From: Rickettsiales bacterium | GTDB lineage: Bacteria > Pseudomonadota > Alphaproteobacteria > Rs-D84 > CACZYB01 | Reading direction: 5' to 3' | Assembly: GCA_031263095.1 (NCBI GenBank) | Contig: JAISGI010000036.1 | Span: 1-62,581, forward strand | Length of the DNA: 62,581 nt | Shown here: positions 50,366 to 58,123 of the stretch, in pieces | Layout: every line of letters begins with the position of its first letter | How positions within the stretch are numbered: the stretch's first letter is position 1 | Translations under genes and position numbers: made by a program | The notes under the pieces: generated by a model | Databases searched by the model: none | The model's input: only the letters and a program-made list of their open reading frames with translations | What the model was told of the DNA's origin: nothing

Positions 50366-51424
50366 ATGAGGAAACTTCTGCTATTGCTGCTTGCGCTTTC
50401 GTTCGCGCTCTCTGCCGCCCCGCCTGAGAAAAGGCCCAAGGCCAAGCGCGCCGCCGGTGGTGCGAAAAAGACACCCGCAAGGACGGCAAGCCGCGCCGCA
50501 AGGGTCGAGGGAGACGCCCAAGCCGAAAGCGCACCCGTCATGCCCGCCGCAAATTCCGCGGACTTCTCCGCCTGCATGGATAACTGGTGCAAGTCCGAGA
50601 TGTTCCCGGACAAGGGCCGCTGCCGCTGCAGCTCGCAGCTGCCCAAAATCGAAAAAGTCCTGCGTGACATCGAGCGCGCGCAGAACGAGGCGGACGAAAT
50701 GGGCCGCAAATTGGCCGTAAGGATGAACGTCGAGAATACAGCGGCGGTCGAGGGTGCTATGGGCTCAATCGCCGACAATATCGCAGGGATAGAGAACAAG
50801 GCCAAGACCATGGCCGCCGCGCGTATCGACGCCAGGTCGAACGTGGCCGAGGGCGCCGCGCTTTATAATTATGCCGAGGATAAATGCACGCCCTCGCTCG
50901 CCTCCGCTTCCGAGGACGAACAGGAAGGGCGCAAAAAGGAATACATGACCGCGGTCGAAAAGGACTGCGGCGCCTACACCACGATTCTCAAGGAAAAGGC
51001 CGACGCCGTGTCCGACCTCTTGGCCCAGGCGCAAAAGAATCAGGAAATGTTCAACGAGCAGGAGCATAAGAAACGAAACATGCTCGATCTCGGCACCTGC
51101 CGCATAGAATACGAAAGCTGCCTCAAAATGGAATGCGGCCTCAACTTCCATAATTGCCGCCAGGACCACCTCGAGGATATGGCCATAAAGAAATGCGACG
51201 CCCTCAACGCCGGCAAGTGCGAGGATACCAAGGCCGTCATAATGCTCGAGATGAAAAACTACGTCAAACGCGAAGTGCGAAAGGACGACCTCGCCATGAA
51301 CTGCACGGTCGAGGGCGCCTCGATAATCGAGGGTAAATGCATGAAGGACAACAAGCCCTACGCGGCCAAGGGCTGGCGTATCGACGGCTATCCGACCGCA
51401 ACGGATCTAAGGGGAGCGTTCTGA
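50366..51424 (+). CDS. family-C secreted protein C1: signal peptide, Lys/Ala-rich basic spacer, Cys-rich coiled-coil domain
   Basis: MRKLLLLLLALSFALSA, then KRPKAKRAAGGAKKTPARTASRAAR, then ADFSACMDNWC, and 14 Cys in total. Confidence 0.7.
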   Translation: MRKLLLLLLALSFALSAAPPEKRPKAKRAAGGAKKTPARTASRAARVEGDAQAESAPVMPAANSADFSACMDNWCKSEMFPDKGRCRCSSQLPKIEKVLRDIERAQNEADEMGRKLAVRMNVENTAAVEGAMGSIADNIAGIENKAKTMAAARIDARSNVAEGAALYNYAEDKCTPSLASASEDEQEGRKKEYMTAVEKDCGAYTTILKEKADAVSDLLAQAQKNQEMFNEQEHKKRNMLDLGTCRIEYESCLKMECGLNFHNCRQDHLEDMAIKKCDALNAGKCEDTKAVIMLEMKNYVKREVRKDDLAMNCTVEGASIIEGKCMKDNKPYAAKGWRIDGYPTATDLRGAF

Positions 51425-52599
51425 TGAGAAAAGCTCTTGCCATACTGCTGACCCTCCTGCTCGCCCTGCCAGCAAGCGCGGCGAAAAAGGGCGAAAAGGG
51501 CGCCAAACGCGCGGCAAGCGGCGGCAAGTCCGGCGCTAAATCCTCGGCCAAAGGGGGCGGAGGCGGCAAAAAGGGCGGCTCCTCCAAGGGCGCCGCGTCC
51601 ATGGGCAAGGGTGCGCCCAAACCAGACGCAAGCAAGAAAAACAAAAAATCTTCCTCATCATCTTCCGTCGAGGCGCCCGACCCGGCCATAGCCTGCCTGC
51701 AAACCGGCCTGCCCGAACTTGCGACCGGCCCCTGCGAATTCCTTGTGCCCGAGGATTTGCAGAAAAGCCTGAAAGAGCCGTTCCTCTGCGTCTATAACTC
51801 AAGCTCCTCCACCAATGCCGAAAGCGTGTACGAATACTATACCCAGCAGAATTACGGAGTGTCCGAGTCCCGCGTCAAGGCCGACAGCTCTGTCGTCGAC
51901 CTCAAGTACAAGAACAAGGGGCTATATAAATACTACGAATACCTGCTTGACGAGATTAAAAAGGGCGACCTCAAGGAAAACAAGATATTCGACGAAATCA
52001 CCGAAACCGTGACCGAGCACATGGACGCGCCCCTTGACGCGACGAAATACATCGACGCCAAGAATATCGAATCCGTCCAAATCTCGCTCGACATTGCAAG
52101 GGGCGATATTACAAGGTGCCAGGAGGCCGCGGACAAGATTGCCGAGGACTGCGGCGCCAACACCTCGCAGGAGGCCCATGCAAAAATAGACTCCTCATGC
52201 CTTGCCTACGAGGCCGCCTTGGCCAAACGCGCAGGCGATAAAAAGGTCGAGGCCCTGCGCCACGAAAAGGAAATCTACGACGCTCTGCTCCAACGCGTCG
52301 GCGCGAATAACAATGCCGAGGAGATAATACTGAAGGCCAAGCAAAAGGCGCTCGAGAACAAGGCCTTAAAGGAAAGTATCGAGAAAAAGGCCGAGGCCGC
52401 AAACGACGATAGTATCGCCGCCGCCAAAGCCAAGGCCGCGGAAACCCAGGCAAAATTGGATGCCGCGACAAAGGAGACCGAACGCCCCGAAGTTCCCGCC
52501 GCCACTACAGACGCGCAAGACGGAGAAAATCCTGAGGGGACAGCTGCTCAGCCCGCAACTCCGGCCGAAGACCAGCCGACAGAAGAGCCTGCTCAGTAA
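51424..52599 (+). CDS. family-C-like secreted protein C2: signal peptide, Lys/Gly/Ser-rich basic spacer, coiled-coil, acidic tail
   Basis: The TGATG junction gives a 1-nt overlap with C1. It starts MRKALAILLTLLLALPASA, followed by AKKGEKGAKRAASGGKSGAKSSAKGGGGGKKGG. Confidence 0.65.
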   Translation: MRKALAILLTLLLALPASAAKKGEKGAKRAASGGKSGAKSSAKGGGGGKKGGSSKGAASMGKGAPKPDASKKNKKSSSSSSVEAPDPAIACLQTGLPELATGPCEFLVPEDLQKSLKEPFLCVYNSSSSTNAESVYEYYTQQNYGVSESRVKADSSVVDLKYKNKGLYKYYEYLLDEIKKGDLKENKIFDEITETVTEHMDAPLDATKYIDAKNIESVQISLDIARGDITRCQEAADKIAEDCGANTSQEAHAKIDSSCLAYEAALAKRAGDKKVEALRHEKEIYDALLQRVGANNNAEEIILKAKQKALENKALKESIEKKAEAANDDSIAAAKAKAAETQAKLDAATKETERPEVPAATTDAQDGENPEGTAAQPATPAEDQPTEEPAQ

Positions 52600-53314
52600 A
52601 AATACCTTTAAGCGACTGCCTAAGCATTTTGCGCCGCTGCCCGAACGCGGCCTTTGCAATCTCTTCGACCCTCGCGAGTTCCGCAACACTCGGCCTCTCG
52701 GCCAAACGCGTAAATCCCACCACGGACGAGACCACTTTCGGCGCCGGCACAAAACACCTTGGCGCTACGTCGAACAAAACGCGGCATGAATAGGCAAGCT
52801 GCGCCAGAACCGAAATCCGGCCATAGTCCCTGCTGTGCGGCCGCGCGCAAATCCGCCGCGCCACCTCTTTCTGGAACATAAGGGTCATCGACGGCACGCG
52901 CTCGGCCATAAAAACCCACCGCACAAGCAACGGCACACTTATGTTGTACGGCAGATTGGCGCAAATCCGCACCTCCTCTCCAAAGGCAGAAAAGTCCACC
53001 TCCATCGCGTCCGCCTGTATGATTTCAAGCCGCTCACCATAAACACCGCGAATCTCCTCCAAAATGCCAATCGCGCGAGCGTCAAGCTCGATTGCCACTA
53101 CTTTCGCCGCACCATTGGCAAGCAAAGAACGCGTAAGCCCCGCCGGCCCCGGCCCGACCTCGACCACCACGGAACCGGCCAAACCCGGCACCGCCCGCGC
53201 GATTCGGTCGGTAATATTGAGGTCGCAGATGAAATTCTGCCCCATGGTTTTCAAAGCCCTGAGCCCGTACCGCTCTATAAAGTCCGCAACCTGCGGCAAC
53301 CCGTCGTAATCCAT
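52505..53314 (-). CDS. rsmA: 16S rRNA (adenine1518/1519-N6)-dimethyltransferase
   Basis: LGQNFICD, SAM motif VVEVGPGPAGLT, NLPYNIS. Confidence 0.9.
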   Translation of the reverse strand: MDYDGLPQVADFIERYGLRALKTMGQNFICDLNITDRIARAVPGLAGSVVVEVGPGPAGLTRSLLANGAAKVVAIELDARAIGILEEIRGVYGERLEIIQADAMEVDFSAFGEEVRICANLPYNISVPLLVRWVFMAERVPSMTLMFQKEVARRICARPHSRDYGRISVLAQLAYSCRVLFDVAPRCFVPAPKVVSSVVGFTRLAERPSVAELARVEEIAKAAFGQRRKMLRQSLKGIFTEQALLSAGLRPELRAEQLSPQDFLRLARL

Positions 53315-53372
53315 ACGGGCAAGGATACCCCAACCCTTGCAACATTGCAATATTTATGATATAATCAGGCCC

Positions 53373-53945
53373 ATGACAAGAAAAGACATACGCGGCGCCA
53401 GCATGGTCGAGCTTTTGCTCTACATCGGCATAATAATCACCGTGACGCTCGCCGGCGTCAAGTTCCAAAGCCAGGCCATAGAAAAGACACGCCAGGCCGA
53501 GCTCCAGATGACCCTTTCCGACGCCGAGAAAAAGATAAACGAGCTCTACCTCGGCCGCCCCTGGGGTACGATGACCGAGGGGGAGCGGGCAAAGTACCTG
53601 CTCGAGCGCGGCGTAAGCCTCACCTCGCCGTGGAAATCCGGCATGCAGGACTATGGCACGGGCGCGAACGGCAGGAAGCTCCTCGGCAACATGACCGTCT
53701 CGACAAGCGACGGGATAAGCAGCAATAGCGCGATTCGCATGCCCCACTTCGCCGTGCACGTCAAGAACCTGCCACGGCCAAGCTGCATCTGGGTCGCCAC
53801 TTCGCAATCCTCCGTCGCCGCCTGCGTTTCGGTCAACAACGCGGTAGCGGTGTCCGAAACCGACTGCATAAGGGAAATCGGCACCGCCACTTCCCGCTGC
53901 GACAGGGACAATAACGAGGTTATAGTGTTCTTCAGGAAAGAGTGA
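53373..53945 (+). CDS. type IV pilin-like (class III signal peptide) protein
   Basis: MTRKDIRG|ASMVELLLYIGIIITVTLAGV has Gly at -1, Glu at +5 and a hydrophobic helix. Two Cys pairs are present in the C-terminal domain. Confidence 0.65.
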   Translation: MTRKDIRGASMVELLLYIGIIITVTLAGVKFQSQAIEKTRQAELQMTLSDAEKKINELYLGRPWGTMTEGERAKYLLERGVSLTSPWKSGMQDYGTGANGRKLLGNMTVSTSDGISSNSAIRMPHFAVHVKNLPRPSCIWVATSQSSVAACVSVNNAVAVSETDCIREIGTATSRCDRDNNEVIVFFRKE

Positions 53946-53946
53946 T

Positions 53947-54574
53947 ATGCGAACTTCAAAACTACCCCCCCCCATTCGTCGCCGCGATTCTCTGCCTGAT
54001 CTCCTTGGTCGCCCGCGCAAGCGTCAAGCCGCAGGCGACGTTTTCCCCGGCCGAGCTTGCTAGGTCGATAACCGGCTCGCGCGCCCAGGAAGTAAAGATT
54101 GACGAACAGCTGAAAGCCCAGGTCGCGGCCGTCAGACAGGCCTCCGAGAATTTCAAGGCCGCCCAACTCGCCTACGCCGAAAAACTTAAATCCATAAAGA
54201 ATTCCATAGCCGAGCTGAAAAACAAGAAACGGGGTATCGGCAAGGATAGGAAAAAACTGAACCGCGAGCTTTCAAGAACAGGCCAGAACATCAAACGCAG
54301 ATACGGCGCCCTGAACCGCACGGGCGGGAAATCTTCGGCGGAATATACAGCCGTCAAGGCCGAGGTCGAACGCTACAACCAGGCGGTAAAACAGATAAAC
54401 GAGCAAAAACGCAACATCGCGGCCCTCAAGTCCGCCGAGCAGCGTATCAAGCTCTTCGACAAGGCCGCCGCAAGACAATCCTCGCACTCCGACCGCTCCG
54501 CCGACAAAATGGCCGACCGGCTCGCCACTGTCCAAGACGCGGTCGATGGCCTTCGCGGCGATATAGGAATATGA
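53947..54574 (+). CDS. secreted basic coiled-coil protein; phase-variable, with C9 out of frame with the SD-linked ATG
   Basis: SD AGGAAAGAG lies upstream of ATG 53947. At C9 it reads MRTSKLPPPIRRRDS... and stops after 38 codons. At C8 it reads MRTSKLPPPFVAAILCLISLVARA, a signal peptide joined to the 200-aa ORF. The track start GTG 53942 overlaps the pilin stop codon. Confidence 0.6.
53965..53973 (+). repeat. poly-C tract C9 in the 5' codons
   Basis: Counted directly. Confidence 0.95.
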
Positions 54575-54593
54575 AGCGGACAAATAAGGTTTC

Positions 54594-55565
54594 CTACCAC
54601 TCCAAGCTAACGGTACCGCCCTCGTTCACGAACTCTCCATCCGGATAATAGCATTTTCCATACACGGGCGAGCCGCGCACCTCGTACGAGCTTGCCATAA
54701 GCCCGATTCCGCCGGCAAGCCCGTCCGAGGCGGCTCCCACGAACGCTCCGCCGATTTTTTGGCCTGTGGTGGAGCCCGACGCCGCTCCGAAAAATCCGCC
54801 AAGCGCGCCGATTGCCGCACCGCCAAGCGTGCTCGCAAGATTTGTCTTGAAATTGTTCTTGGCAGCCGCCGCTTCGCCGTCCCTGTCCTCCATGCAGTCT
54901 TCTTTGCCAAAGACCGAGGCAAGACAGACAAAGCCCCGCTCGCCAAGGTACAGGGTCTTCGATTCGTTGTCCTCGCACCCGACGTTCGCGGCGATTTTGA
55001 CGCCGCTGCCTCCGCTCGGCCTGTCCGCATACCGCTTGAAAGTGATTTTGATTGCGCACGCCGCCCGCGCAGTGTCCCAAAGCCCGCCTTTCTTGTTGCA
55101 CCAATCCTTCTGCTCGGCGAAAAGGAAATCGCCGCTGAAATAGGCCGAATACTCTTTTGCGCGCGATTCGTCGGCGATATGAACCTTGCACTCGGCGAAG
55201 GCTTTGTTGGCCAATGCTTCGTCGTAATAGCATAGAACGTTCGGAGGTCGCCCGCGCCCGTCGCCGCAAAAGCCTGACATGCAGACCTTGAAATCGGCAA
55301 AGTCCTCGGTTTCCACCACGGGCAGCATCGGAGGCGGACGGGCGACAACGGCGGGCTCTTCTTCCGCAGGCGCAAAGGCCGAGGCAGCAGAAGCTTCCGC
55401 CGCGCGCTTGGCAAGGGCAAGCTTGCCCGCGGCCTTTTTCTGAAGCTTGACCTTCGCGTTCCCGCCGTTTCCCTTTTTCTTGCCCGCCCGCATGGCGTCC
55501 TGGGAAAATAATGTGGAGGCGCCAAACATGACGAAAAAGTTTGTTATAAGGAAAATTCTCAACAC
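54594..55565 (-). CDS. family-C secreted protein C3: signal peptide, Lys/Ala-rich basic spacer, Cys-rich domain, C-terminal glycine zipper
   Basis: GTG start with SD GGAGGAG. It has the spacer KKKGNGGNAKVKLQKKAAGKLALAKRAAEA, then FADFKVCMSGFC, then GGAAIGALGGFFGAASGS..GGAFVGAASDGLAGGIG. Confidence 0.7.
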   Translation of the reverse strand: MLRIFLITNFFVMFGASTLFSQDAMRAGKKKGNGGNAKVKLQKKAAGKLALAKRAAEASAASAFAPAEEEPAVVARPPPMLPVVETEDFADFKVCMSGFCGDGRGRPPNVLCYYDEALANKAFAECKVHIADESRAKEYSAYFSGDFLFAEQKDWCNKKGGLWDTARAACAIKITFKRYADRPSGGSGVKIAANVGCEDNESKTLYLGERGFVCLASVFGKEDCMEDRDGEAAAAKNNFKTNLASTLGGAAIGALGGFFGAASGSTTGQKIGGAFVGAASDGLAGGIGLMASSYEVRGSPVYGKCYYPDGEFVNEGGTVSLEW

Positions 55566-55597
55566 CCAAGCTCCTCCACAAAAGCCGCATCATTTAC

Positions 55598-55703
55598 GGC
55601 TGGAGCTCAGCACTGTAACACAACTTATACAGCATTAGGTATTTGGATATTTCCCAATTCTCCAGCCAAAGCTGGAAGTTGTGTTAGAAATAGGGTGCTG
55701 AGC
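55598..55703 (-). promoter_or_regulatory. structured 5' leader of C3 with mutually exclusive pairings
   Basis: GGCTGGAG (55598-55605) and GCTGG (55671-55675) both complement CTCCAGCC (55660-55667). GCTCAGCAC (55605-55613) pairs with GTGCTGAGC (55695-55703). AACACAACTT (55617-55626) pairs with AAGTTGTGTT (55676-55685). Confidence 0.4.
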
Positions 55704-55764
55704 CCTGCGTCGTATCTCTACGCCACGTTTTTCATGATAACAGCTATTGGGATGATAATCAACC

Positions 55765-55797
55765 AAAAAAATCCCGGGTTCTTCCCGGGATTTTTTT
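55765..55797. terminator. bidirectional terminator overlapping the LysM gene stop codon
   Basis: AAAAAAATCCCGGG-ttct-TCCCGGGATTTTTTT. Confidence 0.75.
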
Positions 55798-56905
55798 ATT
55801 TCTTCTTCGACTCTTTGACGGCCTTCGCGCCCGCGCGCCCGTTCTTCTTCAAATCGCCGTACTTCGCGCTGGATTTGGAGGGCAGAGTGAACGCCTGCCG
55901 TTCATAGATTTTATCCGGGTCGGCAATCTGCGACCGGTTCGCCTCGAATATTACCACATAGTCGGCGCCGCGCCCGTATTCCTTGAGCGCGATGTTCCAC
56001 AGGTTGTCCCCGCGCTTGATTACGACCGCGGTGTTCTTCTCGTCTATGAAAGCCGGCGCAAACTTGTACACTACGCGCTTCGCAACCTTGCCGTTCGCGC
56101 CAAGCATGTCCGCACGCACGGAATATTTCTTCCCTGCCTCAAGCTTGTACTCCTTGTCGACCGACCAAGCGCCGGTTTCGTCGGAGTCGGCCGAGGCCAA
56201 CAACACGCCCTCTATATAAAGGTTGACCTTCGAGTTTTTAAGCACGAAACCCGAAGCTTTGAAAGCGCCGTCCTCGGCATAGTCGATTTTCTCGACCCGA
56301 AGCGCGCCGATGTTCTGGCCCTTGGGGGCTTTGATAACGCGCGAAGCATTCTTGCCGCCCATCACTACGCCAACCTCTTCGCCCGGTTTTTTGGAAACGT
56401 GTAGGAGCGCGCTCTGCTTGCTGCGGATTTTTGTGCCGTCCGCCGCGATTACGAAAAGCGAAAGTTTGCGGTCGCCTACCGGCAGGGCTTTCTTTGGCAG
56501 GAACACCCATTGCCCGTTCTCGTCCGCAGTTTCGGTACCAATCTCGCGCTCGTTATCAAGGATGTGAACCACGTCCTTCGGCGCCGCGCGGCCCGAGACT
56601 ACGATTTCGCCGTTCTCCATGCGCACGACGTCGAACGACGGCGCAATTGTGTCGGGAACCGCCTTGACGGAAGAATCCGCGACATTCACTTCGTTCGGCT
56701 TGTCATTTTTAAGGATTGAGGAAACAAGAAAGCAAAGACCCGCGATTACGATAATCGCGCCAAGGGCGATTGCCACGCTCTTCTTGTCCTTGCAGAAACG
56801 GCCGAAACGGTCGCGCTTTATCGCCTCCGGAAGGCGGTTCGGCTGCGTCGCTTGTGCACGGTTAGGCTCGGTCGCGGGCGAAAGCGTGGGCTCTTTTTTT
56901 TCCAT
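55796..56905 (-). CDS. LysM-domain peptidoglycan-binding membrane protein
   Basis: SD AAAGGAG, a single transmembrane segment (VAIALGAIIVIAGLCFLV), Ig-like repeats, and a C-terminal LysM domain (IKRGDNLWNIALKEYG...IADPDKIY..Q.FTLP). Confidence 0.8.
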   Translation of the reverse strand: MEKKEPTLSPATEPNRAQATQPNRLPEAIKRDRFGRFCKDKKSVAIALGAIIVIAGLCFLVSSILKNDKPNEVNVADSSVKAVPDTIAPSFDVVRMENGEIVVSGRAAPKDVVHILDNEREIGTETADENGQWVFLPKKALPVGDRKLSLFVIAADGTKIRSKQSALLHVSKKPGEEVGVVMGGKNASRVIKAPKGQNIGALRVEKIDYAEDGAFKASGFVLKNSKVNLYIEGVLLASADSDETGAWSVDKEYKLEAGKKYSVRADMLGANGKVAKRVVYKFAPAFIDEKNTAVVIKRGDNLWNIALKEYGRGADYVVIFEANRSQIADPDKIYERQAFTLPSKSSAKYGDLKKNGRAGAKAVKESKKK

Positions 56906-56988
56906 ATCAGGACTCCTTTTAAGTTCTTTGATAGCCAAAAATATCCATTTTTTATACAAATGTCAATATATTTTTGTCGAAAATAGAG

Positions 56989-58005
56989 CTAGATGTTTTC
57001 CCCGTCCTGACTTAAAAGAATTGCCACCTTTTTGGTACTCGGAATATTATATAGCACGATAAGCGCGATTATCATGATTGGCACGCACAGGAACATGCCC
57101 GCGAATCCCCAAATCCATCCCCATATTACGAGAGAGAATATTAGGGCCAAGGGGCTTATCCCGACCGACGCGCCCAGTATGCGCGGCTCCAAAAAGTTGC
57201 CAAGCCCGACCTGAATTGCGGTTATCCCGCCAGCGACAATTGCAATCGGCGCAATCTGCCCGTCGAACTGCAACACGGCAAGCACGATGGGCGGAATGGA
57301 CGCGACGGCAGAGCCTATGGTGGGCATATAGTTGAACGCGAACATAAGCATTGCCCAAAACAGCGCGAAGTCGAGCCCTACATGCTTCATCACCGCATAC
57401 GCAAGCACCGCGGTCAAAATGCCCGAGCCGGTCTTTATGAACAGATACGTGCGTATTTTAGAGAGTATCTTCTCGACCATCGCCTTGTCGAATGCCTTCT
57501 TCCCCTTGAATACCAGCGGGAGTTTTTTATACATCGACTTTTCTTCAAGCAAAAGGAACGCAAGGTATATGATGACCATGACTATGCCGCGGATAAGCCC
57601 CGCCCCCTCGGCAAGCACCGAGTTGGCAAGTTTTTTCAGATCTACTTCGCCAAGGATTTTATCTATGTTAAAGCTTGTCCCGGCCCAAGCATTAAACCGC
57701 GCGACTATGCTCTCAAGATTCGGCTGATACTTGGCAAAGCTGTGCGACGCCTCGGCAAGGTTCGAAACTATTACGGCCATAACCGCCCACGCAATCCCGC
57801 CGATAAAGAGGATTGAAAGCGGACGCGCGATAAGGCCAAGTGCCGCCGGCGCCTTCGTCCGCGCTACAAGCCCCTTGAACGAGCTCTCGAGAAGCCATAT
57901 AAGTACCCACAGGAACAGAGCCATCACGAACGGCAAAAATATCGCCTTGCCCACATGCAATACATATATGAGCGCAAGGAACAGAAGTACGTTGGTGGAT
58001 TTCAT
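56989..58005 (-). CDS. AI-2E family transporter (PerM/UPF0118)
   Basis: Multiple transmembrane segments and the family-typical C-terminal block (LALIFSLVIWGWIWGFAGMFLCVP). Confidence 0.85.
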   Translation of the reverse strand: MKSTNVLLFLALIYVLHVGKAIFLPFVMALFLWVLIWLLESSFKGLVARTKAPAALGLIARPLSILFIGGIAWAVMAVIVSNLAEASHSFAKYQPNLESIVARFNAWAGTSFNIDKILGEVDLKKLANSVLAEGAGLIRGIVMVIIYLAFLLLEEKSMYKKLPLVFKGKKAFDKAMVEKILSKIRTYLFIKTGSGILTAVLAYAVMKHVGLDFALFWAMLMFAFNYMPTIGSAVASIPPIVLAVLQFDGQIAPIAIVAGGITAIQVGLGNFLEPRILGASVGISPLALIFSLVIWGWIWGFAGMFLCVPIMIIALIVLYNIPSTKKVAILLSQDGENI

Positions 58006-58015
58006 TTTCCTCTCC

Positions 58016-58123
58016 TTAGTTTGCAGGGTAAGTCCGCGGATAGCGCGCCTCGGCAGGCTTGTCAAGCTGCCCCTTTACCCCGCATGCGCCCAAGACCAGC
58101 AAAAGTATCAGCACCCGTCTCAT
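58016..58123 (-). CDS. small lipoprotein (35 aa), LptM/YifL-like; not in the ORF track
   Basis: ATGA overlap with the msbA stop codon. Hand translation gives MRRVLILLLVLGACGVKGQLDKPAEARYPRTYPAN, with lipobox LGAC followed by G.KG.L..P. Confidence 0.5.
   Translation of the reverse strand: MRRVLILLLVLGACGVKGQLDKPAEARYPRTYPAN

Noticed and set aside
56891-56901. The A8 run right after the LysM gene ATG (ATGGAAAAAAAAGAG) and the T8 run at 22916-22923 as additional phase-variation tracts.
   Set aside because: A/T runs of this length are less slippage-prone, they occur in AT-rich control regions, and the LysM reading frame is intact with no alternative long frame. They are noted but not claimed.
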